Made by a program: the position numbers and the translations under genes. A stretch of DNA of 64,000 nucleotides from assembly GCA_963692775.1 (NCBI GenBank), contig OY839116.1, positions 3,016,161-3,080,160 on the forward strand. Direction: 5' to 3'. Below are positions 47,891 through 58,190 of this stretch, in pieces; positions within the stretch are counted from its first letter, which is position 1, and each line of letters begins with the position of its first letter. The DNA comes from Dehalococcoidia bacterium (lineage in GTDB: Bacteria > Chloroflexota > Dehalococcoidia > UBA2979). The notes under the pieces were generated by a model. The model worked only from the letters and a program-made list of their open reading frames with translations, was not told where the DNA came from and did not search any database.

Positions 47891-49057
47891 TCAATACAGC
47901 ACCTGCTCCGCCGTGAGGCGATCGAGATCCTCGCGAGGGCGGCCGAGCAGGTCGCAGACGACGTACTCGTTGTGCTCGCCCATGAGCGGGGCGCGGTCGT
48001 TGACGAGCGGGACCTCGTCCGGCCAGATCCAGGGCGCGCGGTAGACCAGCTCCCAGCCGATTGAGGGGTGCTCCGTCTCGACGTAGGTCCCGCGCGCGCG
48101 GTAGTGCGGATCCTCGAAGCGGTCCTTCGCCGTCGTGACCGCGCCCGCCGGGACGCCCGCGCCTTGCAGCGCCTCCATCGCGCCTCGCGGGTCGCGCTGC
48201 GCGCACCATGCTTCGAGGGCGTCGCGCACCGCCGCCGGGTCGTCCGGGGGCGCGCCGGTGAGGGCGGCGACGGCGGCGAGCTGCGCCTCGTCCTCGGCGG
48301 CGACGGCGATCCACTCGTCGTCGCCGCCGCAGCGGAAGCAGTCGTGCAGCGGCTCCTCGTTGGGCGGGAGGTTGCCGAGCGGGCCGGGAACCTCGCCGAA
48401 GAGGTCGAGCCAGGCCATCGCCTCGGCGGAGGTCTGCATGCCGGCTGCCAGCTGCGAGAGGTCGATATGGTCCCCGCAGCCCGTGCGCTTGCGGCGGATC
48501 AGCGCCGCGAGGATGGCGACCGCGCCGTGCAGGCTGGCGTTGGGGTCCGGGTAGGACTGCTGCACGCCCAGCGGCTCCTCGCCGGGGTAGCCGCAGAGCG
48601 AGTCGAGCCCGCTGAAGGCGGCGATCGTCGAGGCGTAGCTGCGCAGCTCGCGCAGCGGCCCCTGCTGGCCGCCGCCCGACAGCGAGAGCATCACGAGGTC
48701 CGGCCGGCGCTCGCGCAGCGCCTCGTAGCCGAGGCCGTAGCGGTCGAGCACGCCGGGCGCGAAGTTCTGGATCGCCACGTCGCAGTGCGCGGCGAGGTCG
48801 AGCAGCAGTTCGCGGCTGGCCTCGGCGGTGAAGTCGATGCTGAGGCTGAGCTTGCCGCGGTTGATGTTGTGGAACATCGGCTGCTGCTCGGTGTCCGGCG
48901 CGTCCTTGACGATCGCGCGGCCCTGCCGCATGTAGTCGAGGCGCTTGCGCGTCTCCACCTTGATCACCTCGGCGCCGAGGAAGGCGAGCATCTGGCCGGG
49001 GACGGCCCCCGCCCAGACCCAGCCGAAGTCGAGCACCCGCACACCCTGCAGCAGCAT
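47891..49057 (-). CDS. family III CoA-transferase (CaiB/BaiF-like)
   Basis: MLLQGVRVLDFGWVWAGA N-terminus. ATGA overlap with the upstream gene. Confidence 0.8.
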   Translation of the reverse strand: MLLQGVRVLDFGWVWAGAVPGQMLAFLGAEVIKVETRKRLDYMRQGRAIVKDAPDTEQQPMFHNINRGKLSLSIDFTAEASRELLLDLAAHCDVAIQNFAPGVLDRYGLGYEALRERRPDLVMLSLSGGGQQGPLRELRSYASTIAAFSGLDSLCGYPGEEPLGVQQSYPDPNASLHGAVAILAALIRRKRTGCGDHIDLSQLAAGMQTSAEAMAWLDLFGEVPGPLGNLPPNEEPLHDCFRCGGDDEWIAVAAEDEAQLAAVAALTGAPPDDPAAVRDALEAWCAQRDPRGAMEALQGAGVPAGAVTTAKDRFEDPHYRARGTYVETEHPSIGWELVYRAPWIWPDEVPLVNDRAPLMGEHNEYVVCDLLGRPREDLDRLTAEQVLY

Positions 49058-50202
49058 CAGGGGGCCTCCGGCGGCGGCGGGACCGGGCCCGGCGGAGCAA
49101 GCTCCGCCTCGGCGAAGCGGAAGGGCGGCGCGGGCAGCGTCAGCTCCACGCCCGAGGCGCCCTCGAAGCGCTCGAAGGCGCCCGCGGCTTGCAGGTCGGC
49201 GTCGGCGCGCACGTCGGCGACGGTGCGGACGGGGGCGGCGGGGATGTTGCGGGCGCGGCATTCCTCGAAGACCTGCTGGCGGGTGCGCGCCTCGAACCAG
49301 GGGGCGAGCAGCGCGTCGACCTCGTCGGCGTGGCGGTCGTTCATGTCGAGGCGGCTGCCGAAGCGCCGCTCGGCGGCCCACTCGGGCGAGCCGACCATCT
49401 CGATGAAGAGCTGGTGCTGGTGGCGCTCGGATGCCTGGATCGCGATCCAGCCGTCGGAGCAGCGGAAGAGCTGGTGCGGGTAGGGCTGGCCGAGCACGCG
49501 GCGGCCCTGGCGGCTGCGCAGCCGGTTGGAGAAGAGGTAACTGACCACCGTCGTGCCCGTGTGCACCGTCGCCCAGACGTCGCTCTCGGCGATGTCGACG
49601 ACGCGCGCGCCCTCGGCGGCCTCGCGCTCCTCGCCCTCGTACGCATCACCGAGGGCTGCGATGGCGGCGACGAGGCCCGCCTGGATCGCGGTCTGCGAGA
49701 GCGGCATGCGCAGCGGCGGGCGGCCGGGCGCGCCGATGCCGACGCTGGATCCGCCGAACGCCGAGGTGACGATCTCCGGCCCTCGATAGTCGCGGTAGGG
49801 GCCGCTGAGGCCGAACGGCGTGATCGCGCAGACGACGCCGCAGCCGAGTCCGGCGAGCGCGTCGGCATCGAGGCCCCACGCCTCGTAGCGGCGCGGCTCG
49901 AGGTCGAGGATGAAGGCGTCGGCGCCCGCGACCAGCTCGCGCAGCCGCGCGGGGTCGGAGACGGCCTCGCTGGTCTTGCCCTCATTGAAGAAGTCGAAGG
50001 CGGCGGTGGTCGTGCGACCGTCCGCCTCGTGGCGGCGCGATCCGTCGCGGCGCAGCGGGTCGCCCTCGGGCGGCTCGACCTTCACGAGGTCCGCGCCGAG
50101 CCGGCGCAGCAGCTTGCCGGCGTAGGCGGCGGCCCCACGCTCGCTCAGCTCGACGGCGCGCAGGCCGCCAATCGGGAGGTCGAGGCCGGGCAGGTCGGCC
50201 AT
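49057..50202 (-). CDS. family III CoA-transferase (CaiB/BaiF-like)
   Basis: MADLPGLDLPIGGLRAVELS. ATGA overlaps at both ends. Confidence 0.8.
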   Translation of the reverse strand: MADLPGLDLPIGGLRAVELSERGAAAYAGKLLRRLGADLVKVEPPEGDPLRRDGSRRHEADGRTTTAAFDFFNEGKTSEAVSDPARLRELVAGADAFILDLEPRRYEAWGLDADALAGLGCGVVCAITPFGLSGPYRDYRGPEIVTSAFGGSSVGIGAPGRPPLRMPLSQTAIQAGLVAAIAALGDAYEGEEREAAEGARVVDIAESDVWATVHTGTTVVSYLFSNRLRSRQGRRVLGQPYPHQLFRCSDGWIAIQASERHQHQLFIEMVGSPEWAAERRFGSRLDMNDRHADEVDALLAPWFEARTRQQVFEECRARNIPAAPVRTVADVRADADLQAAGAFERFEGASGVELTLPAPPFRFAEAELAPPGPVPPPPEAP

Positions 50203-52508
50203 CAGTAGACGGCCTGCTCCGCGATCCAGCGCTCGAGGTCCTCGCGGCTGTGGGCGAGCAGGCCGCAGATCACCTCCTCGTTGTGCTCGCCAAGGTCGGG
50301 CGACCACGCGTCGTAGCGCACGCCCGAGGCCGTCTCGAAGCGCCAGGGCGCGCCGACGGTGGCGCGCTCGCCATGGCGCTCGTGCCGGAGCTCGACGATC
50401 GCGCCGCGCTCGCGCAGGTGCTGGTCGGCGACGAGATCCTCGCCGGTCATCGAGACCTCGGCCGCGATGCCGGCGGCCTGGAGGCGGGCGGCGAGCTCGT
50501 GCGCGTCCTGGTTGGCCGTCCAGTAGCGCAGCGCGGCGTCGAGCGCCCCGCTGTCGGCGCGGCGGCGGCCCGCGCTCACGTACTGCGGGCGGTCGAACGA
50601 CTGGTGCCCGGACAGCTCGACGAAGCGCTCCCACTCCTCGTCGGAGCGGATCGCGATGGCGATCCAGCCGTCCTCGCCGGCGGCGGGGTAGACGCCGTGC
50701 GGCGCCCACTGCTCGTGGCCGGTCCCCACGCGCGGAGCGTCGCCGTCGGCGATCGTCTGCACGATCGACTCGCCGACGAGCATCGCCGCCACCTCGCGGG
50801 CCGCGAGGTCGGCGAAGGCGCCCTCGCCGGTGCGGTCGCGCTGCTCGAGCATCGCGAGGGAGAGCAGGGCGGCGATCAGGCCGGCCTCGTGGTCCATCTG
50901 GTTGCGGATCTCACCGGGGGCGCCGTCGGGGTAGCCGCTCATGTAGCCGAGGCCGCCCTCGGCGGCGAAGATCGGCGCGTAGCCGGGGCGGTGGCTGTCC
51001 GGGCCGTGCTGGCCGTAGGCGGAGAGCGAGACCATCACGAGGCGCGGATTGACCGCCTTCAAGTCCTCCCAGCCGAGGCCAAGCCGCCCCATCACGCCGG
51101 GCCGGAAATTCTCGATCGCCACGTCGCAGGCAGCCACCAGCTCGCGTGCAAGCTGCGCGGCGCGCTCCTCCTTGAGGTTGAGCGTGATCGAGCGCTTGTG
51201 GCCTGCGAGGTGGTCGAAGTTCGGCACGTCGAAGCGCCCGTAGAGCGGGTGCGGACGCCGCCCGATGTCGAGCCGCGCCTGCGACTCGACCTTGATCACG
51301 TCCGCGCCGAGCAGGCTGAGCATCAGCGTGGCGTAGGGCCCCGCGGCCATGTTCGTGAAGTCGGCGACGCGCACGCCCTCGAGGGGTTTCGCGCCGCCCG
51401 AGGCGGGCGCGGCGGGGGTGCCCGGAGCCTCGCCGTCGCTCTCCGCGCTCGCGAGCTGCCAGGCGACGCCGGGCGCGGGTTCGCCGTTGGCGCGTTCGCG
51501 GAAGAAGCCGCGGTGCTGGAACTGCTGGTCCTCGGGGAGCTGCTTCGGCGCGAGGTAGGGGCCGCAGGGCAGGCCGGTCTCGGCGGCGCGCGCGACGACC
51601 TCCTCGACGCTGCGCTCGGCGGCCCAGGCCCGCAGGCGCTCGTTGATGAAGGGGCCGCGCCGTCCGCGCTCGACCGTGTCCTCGAGGTCCGGGTCGCGCG
51701 CCCACTCCGGGTCGCCCATCAGCTCGCGCAGCGCCACCCAGTGGTGCTGCTCGATCGGCACGATCTCGACATAACCATCAGCGCAACGAACGATGCCGCC
51801 GTAGCTGAAGCTGCGGTTCGAGCGCCGCTCGAGGTGCCCGTCCACGTAGCGGCTGACCGACAGGTAGTTGAGCGAGAGCTGCGAGTCCTGCACGGAGAGA
51901 TCGGCGCGCTCGGTGCGCCCGGACGCCCTCGATGAGCGCAGCCCCGCCAGCGCGGCAAAGGCTGCGTTCGTGCCCGCCTGATAGCTGCCGAGATAGCGGC
52001 CAACGCCGATCGGGGGCCGGTCCGGGAACTCCTCGTAGCCAAGTCCCGAGGGCTGGAGGAAGCCCTCGCCGCCGCCCTGGAACAGCGTCAACTCGCACCC
52101 CTGCCATCCGGACTTGGGTCCGCTGACGCCGTAGGGCGTCAGCGCCACGATGGCGCGCCCCCGCTCGGGCAGCGGGGCCGCCTCGACGATCGGGTTCCAG
52201 CCGAAGGGCAGCGCCGGGCGCTCGTGCACGATGGTCTCGACCTTCGCGACCTGGCTGACGTCGGGGCGGGCGGGGAGCTCGCGCGTCTCCAGCCCGTCTA
52301 CGAGGTAGCGGAAGACCGCGCTCTCGCCGCTCTCGAGGAACGGCGGGCAACGGCGCAGCGGGCTGCCGCCGGGCGGTTCGAGCAGCTCGACGCGCGCGCC
52401 AAGCTCGCGCAGCAGCCGGCCGGCGAAGCCGCCGGCGGGCGTATCGGCGATCAGCCACGCGCGGAAGCCATCGAGCGGAAGCATGGGCAGCCCTTCGTCG
52501 TCGATCAT
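50202..52508 (-). CDS. tandem fusion of two family III CoA-transferase domains (768 aa)
   Basis: Two complete CaiB-like halves; the second begins around LEGVRVADFTNMAAGP. The start could be M1 or M9. Confidence 0.75.
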   Translation of the reverse strand: MIDDEGLPMLPLDGFRAWLIADTPAGGFAGRLLRELGARVELLEPPGGSPLRRCPPFLESGESAVFRYLVDGLETRELPARPDVSQVAKVETIVHERPALPFGWNPIVEAAPLPERGRAIVALTPYGVSGPKSGWQGCELTLFQGGGEGFLQPSGLGYEEFPDRPPIGVGRYLGSYQAGTNAAFAALAGLRSSRASGRTERADLSVQDSQLSLNYLSVSRYVDGHLERRSNRSFSYGGIVRCADGYVEIVPIEQHHWVALRELMGDPEWARDPDLEDTVERGRRGPFINERLRAWAAERSVEEVVARAAETGLPCGPYLAPKQLPEDQQFQHRGFFRERANGEPAPGVAWQLASAESDGEAPGTPAAPASGGAKPLEGVRVADFTNMAAGPYATLMLSLLGADVIKVESQARLDIGRRPHPLYGRFDVPNFDHLAGHKRSITLNLKEERAAQLARELVAACDVAIENFRPGVMGRLGLGWEDLKAVNPRLVMVSLSAYGQHGPDSHRPGYAPIFAAEGGLGYMSGYPDGAPGEIRNQMDHEAGLIAALLSLAMLEQRDRTGEGAFADLAAREVAAMLVGESIVQTIADGDAPRVGTGHEQWAPHGVYPAAGEDGWIAIAIRSDEEWERFVELSGHQSFDRPQYVSAGRRRADSGALDAALRYWTANQDAHELAARLQAAGIAAEVSMTGEDLVADQHLRERGAIVELRHERHGERATVGAPWRFETASGVRYDAWSPDLGEHNEEVICGLLAHSREDLERWIAEQAVY

Positions 52509-52518
52509 CGCGAAGATG

Positions 52519-53805
52519 CTATGGGATGGCCCCCGCCGCGCGATAGGCGTCGAGGTCGGCGTCGGAGCAGCCCGCCTCGCGCAGCACCGCCTCGGTGTCC
52601 GCGCCGAGCAGCGGCGCGGGGCCTCGGATGGCCGTCGGGGTCTCAGAGAGCTCGACGATCGGCCCGACGACGCGCTGCGGGCCGGTCAGCGGGTGCTCGA
52701 GGTCGGTCATCATGCCGGCAGCGTTGACCTGCAGATCGTCGGCCAGTTCCTCGGGGAAGTGCACGGGGCCGACGGGCACGCCCTCCGCCTCGAACGCCTC
52801 GACCCACTCGGCCACGGGGCGAGTGCGGATCAGCGCACGGATCCGCTCGAGCAGCGCCGTGGCGTGCGCGATGTTCGCGGGGTCGCCGCTGTCGAAGTCC
52901 GGCGTGTCGCTCGGGTCGTCCTCGATGCCGAGCACGCGGCGCGCGCCGTCACGCGTCCGCGGCGTGAGCGCGCCGAGGGCGATCACGCCGTCGCTGGCCT
53001 CGAAGCCGCCGTAGTAGATGCGGAACGCCCAGCGCCGGGCGCGGATCGCGTGGCGCGCGTCCAGCTGCTCGCGGTAGGAGGCGCCCGCCGCGCGCAGCTC
53101 GCGGACCGCCTCCATCATCGGCTCGACCGTCGAGGCGTCGCTGACCGGCTCGCGCATGATGTAGCTGTCCTGGATCGCCATCGCCGAGCGCAGCAGCGAG
53201 GTCTCGACGAACTGCCCGCGGCCCGTCAGCTCGCGCCGGTAGAGCGCCGAGCAGATGCCGATCACCGCCGCGAGCCCCGAGGTGTAATCGGAAACCGGTC
53301 CGGAGCCGATGTGCTCGGGCGCGCCCGCGTCGTCGGTCTTCGCGTCGCCGACCGTGAGGCCGGAGTAGGCGGACATCGTCGCGTCGGTGCCCGCGCGGTC
53401 GGCGAGCGGCCCGCGCGATCCGAAGGCGGAGATGCGGCAGTAGACGAGGCCCGGATGCAGCGAGGACAGCGTCTCGTAGTCGACCTCCAGCCGCTCCAGC
53501 ACACGCTGGCGGAAGTTGATCGTGAGCACGTCGAAGCGGGGCAGGATGCGGTGGATCAGCTCGCGCCCCGCCCCGGTCTGGAGGTCGACGAGGATGCTGC
53601 GCTTGCCGCGGTTCACGGCCTGGAAGCGCTTGCCCTCGTGCGGGATCACCGCGCCGAAGTTGCGGTGCGGGTCGCCGCCGGGCGGACGCTCGACCTTGAT
53701 CACCTCGGCCCCGAGGTCGGAGAGCACGCAGCCGGAGAACGGCCCGGCGACGAGCTGGGAGAACTCCAGCACCCGGATGCCCTCGAGCGGTCCGCCAACC
53801 GTCAT
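52519..53805 (-). CDS. family III CoA-transferase (CaiB/BaiF-like)
   Basis: LEGIRVLEFSQLVAGP N-terminus. Confidence 0.8.
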   Translation of the reverse strand: MTVGGPLEGIRVLEFSQLVAGPFSGCVLSDLGAEVIKVERPPGGDPHRNFGAVIPHEGKRFQAVNRGKRSILVDLQTGAGRELIHRILPRFDVLTINFRQRVLERLEVDYETLSSLHPGLVYCRISAFGSRGPLADRAGTDATMSAYSGLTVGDAKTDDAGAPEHIGSGPVSDYTSGLAAVIGICSALYRRELTGRGQFVETSLLRSAMAIQDSYIMREPVSDASTVEPMMEAVRELRAAGASYREQLDARHAIRARRWAFRIYYGGFEASDGVIALGALTPRTRDGARRVLGIEDDPSDTPDFDSGDPANIAHATALLERIRALIRTRPVAEWVEAFEAEGVPVGPVHFPEELADDLQVNAAGMMTDLEHPLTGPQRVVGPIVELSETPTAIRGPAPLLGADTEAVLREAGCSDADLDAYRAAGAIP

Positions 53806-53924
53806 CGTCGCGCTCCGTTCGCGTTCCGCCTGCTCCGCTGCGGGACGGGACGCGGGCGATGATAAGCTGCCCGCCCGTGGCAGGCACGCCGCCTGCCGTA
53901 TGCCGACGCTCGGAGGTGACAGCC

Positions 53925-54707
53925 ATGCCCACGCTCGACCGCGACGGCGTCGCGATCCACTACGAGGACCACGGGCCGAGGGACGCCGAGACGCTGCCCG
54001 TGCTGCTCACGCACGGCTACGCCGCGACCTGCCTGATGTGGCGACCGCAGATCGCGGCCTTTGCCGTCCGCTACCGGCTGATCAGCTGGGATATGCGCGG
54101 CCACGGCCAGAGCGACAGCCCTCCCGATGACGCCCTCTACAGCCGCGAGCTGACCGTCGAGGACATGCGCGCGATCCTCGATGAGCTCGGTATCGAGCAG
54201 GCGGTGATCGCGGGGCACTCGCTCGGCGGCTACATGTCGCTCGCCTTCCAGGCGACGCACCCGGAGCGCACGGGCGCCCTGATCCTGCAGGGCACCGGTC
54301 CCGGCTACCGCAACCCCGTCGCGCGCGAGGCGTGGAACGAGGACCGCCTCGAGCGTGCGCGTCGCCTCGAAACCATCGGCATGAGCACCCACGACGGCGG
54401 CTCCGAGGTGGACATGAGCGAGCACAGCTCCGCCGAGGGCCTCGCCCGCTCGGCGCGCGGGATGCTCACGCAGCACGACTCGCTGGTGATCGACGGCATC
54501 GCCTCGATCGCGTTGCCGACCCTGCTGCTGGTCGGCGAGAACGATACGCCGTTCCGCAACGGCATGAGCTACATGGAGAACCGCATCGAGGGCAGCGAGT
54601 TGCACGTCTTCGACGGCGCGGGCCACGGCGTGAACATCGAGGCGCCCGAGGGCGTGAACGCGGCGATCGAGGGCTTCCTCGCGCGCCTCGCGGGAGGCGC
54701 CTCGTGA
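53925..54707 (+). CDS. alpha/beta hydrolase
   Basis: GHSLGG nucleophile elbow. Start refined to MPTLDRDG with a GGAGG RBS. Confidence 0.75.
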   Translation: MPTLDRDGVAIHYEDHGPRDAETLPVLLTHGYAATCLMWRPQIAAFAVRYRLISWDMRGHGQSDSPPDDALYSRELTVEDMRAILDELGIEQAVIAGHSLGGYMSLAFQATHPERTGALILQGTGPGYRNPVAREAWNEDRLERARRLETIGMSTHDGGSEVDMSEHSSAEGLARSARGMLTQHDSLVIDGIASIALPTLLLVGENDTPFRNGMSYMENRIEGSELHVFDGAGHGVNIEAPEGVNAAIEGFLARLAGGAS

Positions 54708-55678
54708 GCATCACGATTCTCTTCTGGCCGCCGTGGCGCCGCGGCCAGGAGGACTGGGCGCGCCGCGTCGACGAGGCGCTGCCCGACGTCCGCACGCTCT
54801 CGCCCGAGGACACCGAGTCCGCCCTCGACGTGATCGGGGATGCGGACGCGATCTTCGCGGAAAGCCGCATCTCCGAGGAGGCGCTCGCCGCGGCGACCAA
54901 GGTGCGCTGGATCCACTCGGCGATGGTCGCGCCGCCCCCTGGCTGGTACCACGACGCGCTGATCGAGCACCCGGCGACCGTCACGAACCCGCGAGGCGTC
55001 TACAACGACCACATCAGCGTGCACATCATGTCCTTCGTCCTCTACTTCGCGCGCCAGCTGCACCGCTACGTGCCCCGCATCGCCGAGGCCCGCTGGGAGC
55101 CAGACCTGTCGCGCGGCGGCGTCACCTACCTCGAGGAGTCGACCGTGCTGCTGATCGGCGTCGGCGAGATCGGCGCGGAGACGGCGCGCCTGCTCGCCGC
55201 CTTCGGCGCGACCGTCGTCGGCGTCGACGCGCGCCGCAGCGAGCTGACCGAGGGGCTGGCGGAGCTGCACCCGCCCGAGGCGCTGGACGAGCTGTTGCCG
55301 CGCGCCGACTTCGTGATCCTCACGGCGCCGCACACGCCGGAGACCGAGGGGATGATGAACGCCGCCCGCTTCGAGGCGATGAAGGACACTGCCTACCTCG
55401 TGAACATCGGGCGCGGTCCGACGGTGCGCCTCGACGATCTCAACGAGGCGCTGCGCGAGGGCCGGATCGGCGGGGCGGGCCTCGACGTGTACGAGATCGA
55501 GCCGCTGCCGCCGGAGCACCCGCTGTGGAGCGCGCCGAACGTGCTGCTCACGCCGCACGTCGCGGCGCACGGCCCGTACGTCGAGGAGCGGCGCTTCCAG
55601 GTGCTGCTCGAGAACTGCCGCCGCTTCGCGGCCGGCGAAGCGCTGGAGAACATCGTCGACAAGGCGCGCTGGTTCTGA
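54704..55678 (+). CDS. D-isomer-specific 2-hydroxyacid dehydrogenase family protein
   Basis: GVGEIGAETARLLAAFGATVVGVD NAD-binding site. GTGA overlap with the upstream stop. Confidence 0.75.
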   Translation: MSITILFWPPWRRGQEDWARRVDEALPDVRTLSPEDTESALDVIGDADAIFAESRISEEALAAATKVRWIHSAMVAPPPGWYHDALIEHPATVTNPRGVYNDHISVHIMSFVLYFARQLHRYVPRIAEARWEPDLSRGGVTYLEESTVLLIGVGEIGAETARLLAAFGATVVGVDARRSELTEGLAELHPPEALDELLPRADFVILTAPHTPETEGMMNAARFEAMKDTAYLVNIGRGPTVRLDDLNEALREGRIGGAGLDVYEIEPLPPEHPLWSAPNVLLTPHVAAHGPYVEERRFQVLLENCRRFAAGEALENIVDKARWF

Positions 55679-55692
55679 CGAGGGGGATCGAC

Positions 55693-56505
55693 ATGGCCGA
55701 CGCGGGCGAACCAGGAGTCTACGAGGTGTACGCCACGAAGTACGCGTGGCGCCCCGTCCGGCGCGGCGACCTCTTCCCCGCGGGCGGCGGCGATCGCAGC
55801 GAGCAGATCGGGATGGACTACTTCGTCTGGGCCGCGATCAGCCCCGAGCGCACCTTCGTCATCGACACCGGCTTCACCGCCGAGGAGGCCGAGCGGCGCG
55901 GTCGTACGCCGCTGCGACGACCCGCGGAGGCGCTCGCGCTCGTCGGCGTGGACGCCGAGACCGTCGAGGACGTGATCCTCACCCACTGCCACTACGACCA
56001 CATCGGCACCGTCGACGACTTCCCGAACGCGCGGCTGCACATCCAGGAGAGCGAGCTGCAGTTCGCGAGTGGGCGCTACATGCAGAACGCGAGCATCGGC
56101 CACTCGTTCAACGTCGAGGAGGTGACCGGCCTCGTGCGCGACGTGTTCAGCGGGCGCACCGTGCTGCACGACGGCGACGTGGAGCTCGCCGACGGCCTGA
56201 GCCTCCACCTGCTCGGCGGCCACACCGGCGGCAACCAGGTGGTGCGCGTGCGGACCGCGCGCGGCTGGGTCGTGCTCGCCTCGGACGCCGCGCACTACTA
56301 CGACCAGCTCGAGGACGGGGCGCTGTTCGCGATCGTCTTCGACGTCGGCAGGCTCGTGCGCGGCTACCAGCGGATGCACGAGCTGGGCGACTCGCCGCAG
56401 CACCTCGTGCCGGGCCACGACCCGCGCGTGCTCCAGCGCTACCCCGCGCCCTCCCCGGACCTCGATGGCATCGTCGCGCGCCTCGATGTGCCGCCGCGGG
56501 CGTAG
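55693..56505 (+). CDS. MBL-fold metallo-hydrolase (N-acyl homoserine lactonase-like)
   Basis: HCHYDH metal-binding motif. Start refined to MADAGEPGVYEVY. Confidence 0.75.
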   Translation: MADAGEPGVYEVYATKYAWRPVRRGDLFPAGGGDRSEQIGMDYFVWAAISPERTFVIDTGFTAEEAERRGRTPLRRPAEALALVGVDAETVEDVILTHCHYDHIGTVDDFPNARLHIQESELQFASGRYMQNASIGHSFNVEEVTGLVRDVFSGRTVLHDGDVELADGLSLHLLGGHTGGNQVVRVRTARGWVVLASDAAHYYDQLEDGALFAIVFDVGRLVRGYQRMHELGDSPQHLVPGHDPRVLQRYPAPSPDLDGIVARLDVPPRA

Positions 56506-56728
56506 CCTCTGGGGGCCAGCGGGTCCGGGCTGGCGCAAATCGCCGGCGATGTGCGTACACTGGATCGGCGCCCACCGCTCTTCGGGCGCATCACGAGGAG
56601 GCGCTCCGCGGCGGGGGGAGCGCCTCCGTCGCTATCCCCGGTCGGCCGCTCCGAGGCTTGACAGCCGCTTCGCGCCCTGCCGAGCATGGGCCGCGGCCTC
56701 ACCGCGACGAGGCTGACCGGAGACGCCG

Positions 56729-58183
56729 ATGACCACGACCGCGCCTCGCTCCACGGAGTCGCCCGCCGTCACGCCGGGCATCGACGGCCTGCTCGACTGG
56801 GCCGTCGGCTATCGCCCGGACGAGGCTGGCGAGGCGGCGGCGCAGGTGCGCTACCTGCTGCTCGACCACGCCGCGAACGCGCTCGGCGGCCTGACGGCGG
56901 AGTCATCGCGCCTCGTGCGGCGCTACGCGGCGGGCCGCGCGGGCGGCGTGCCCGCGCCGGGCGGCCACGCGCTGCTGGAGGAGTACGCGGCGTTCGTCGC
57001 CGGGGTCAGCGCGCACGCCCTCGAAAGCGACGACACGCACCAGGCCTCGTCCTCGCACCCCGGCTCGGCGGTCTTCCCCGCCGTGCTGGCGCTCGCCACC
57101 GCGGAGGGCGCGAGCTTCGAGGATGTCGTGGCGGCGAGCGTCGTGGGCTACGAGGTCATGGCCCGCATCGGTATGACCGCGACCGTGCAGGGCCAGTACG
57201 ACCGCGGCTTCCACCCCACCGGCACGGCGGGCGTCTTCGGCGCCGCCGCCGCAGCCTCGCGGCTGCTTGGCCTCGACGCCGCCGCGATGCGCTCGGCGCT
57301 TGGCATCTCGCTCAGCCTCGCGGCCGGCTCGATGGCGTTCCTCGCCGACGGCGCGTGGACGAAGCGGCTGCACCCCGGCTGGGCGGCGCACGGCGGGCTC
57401 CTCGCCGCGCGGCTTGCCGCCGAAGGCTTCGAGGGCCCGCGAGACCCGATCTGCGGCCCCGACGGCTACCTGCACTCCTACAGCGACACCCCGGTCGCCG
57501 CCGACGCGGCCGAGCGGCTCACCGACGGCCTCGGCTCCGCGCCGCTGGCGATCGACCGCACGAGCATCAAGGCGCACGCCTGCTGCCGCTACAAGCAGGC
57601 GCCAATCGACGCCGTCCTCGATCTGGTCGCGTCGCACGACATCGCGCCGGAGCAGGTCGCGCGCATCCGCGTCGGCGTGCTGGAGGCGGGCTGGAACATC
57701 ATCGCCGCCCCCGAGGCGGACAAGCGCCGCCCGGTCTCGATCGTCGATGCGCAGTTCTCGATGCCCTTTGGCGCGGCCGTCGCAGCGCTGCACCGCTCGG
57801 CTGGGACGCGCCAGTACACGCCGGGGGTGATCGCATCGCCCGAGGTGGCGGCGCTCATGGACCGCGTCGAGTGCTACCGCTCGGACGACCTCGACGCGGT
57901 GTTCCCGGAGCGTTGGCCGGCGGAGGTGGTGATCGAGCTGCGCGACGGCGGCAGCGTCTCGCGCCGCGTCGACTACCCCAAGGGCGACCCCGAAAACCCG
58001 CTGAGCCTGCCCGAGCTGCAGGCGAAGTTCCGCGACCTCACCACGGACGTCGTGACCGCCTCCGGACAGTCGCAGGCGATCGAAGCGGCCGCCGCCCTCG
58101 GTGAGGGCGTCACGCCGTCGGCGTTCGCGGCGCTCCTGGGCAGCGGGGCGATCCTCGAGGCCGCCGCGGCGGAGATCGGCTAG
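56729..58183 (+). CDS. MmgE/PrpD-family protein
   Basis: Full-length 2-methylcitrate dehydratase-like fold. Confidence 0.8.
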   Translation: MTTTAPRSTESPAVTPGIDGLLDWAVGYRPDEAGEAAAQVRYLLLDHAANALGGLTAESSRLVRRYAAGRAGGVPAPGGHALLEEYAAFVAGVSAHALESDDTHQASSSHPGSAVFPAVLALATAEGASFEDVVAASVVGYEVMARIGMTATVQGQYDRGFHPTGTAGVFGAAAAASRLLGLDAAAMRSALGISLSLAAGSMAFLADGAWTKRLHPGWAAHGGLLAARLAAEGFEGPRDPICGPDGYLHSYSDTPVAADAAERLTDGLGSAPLAIDRTSIKAHACCRYKQAPIDAVLDLVASHDIAPEQVARIRVGVLEAGWNIIAAPEADKRRPVSIVDAQFSMPFGAAVAALHRSAGTRQYTPGVIASPEVAALMDRVECYRSDDLDAVFPERWPAEVVIELRDGGSVSRRVDYPKGDPENPLSLPELQAKFRDLTTDVVTASGQSQAIEAAAALGEGVTPSAFAALLGSGAILEAAAAEIG

Positions 58184-58190
58184 CGCGGCA

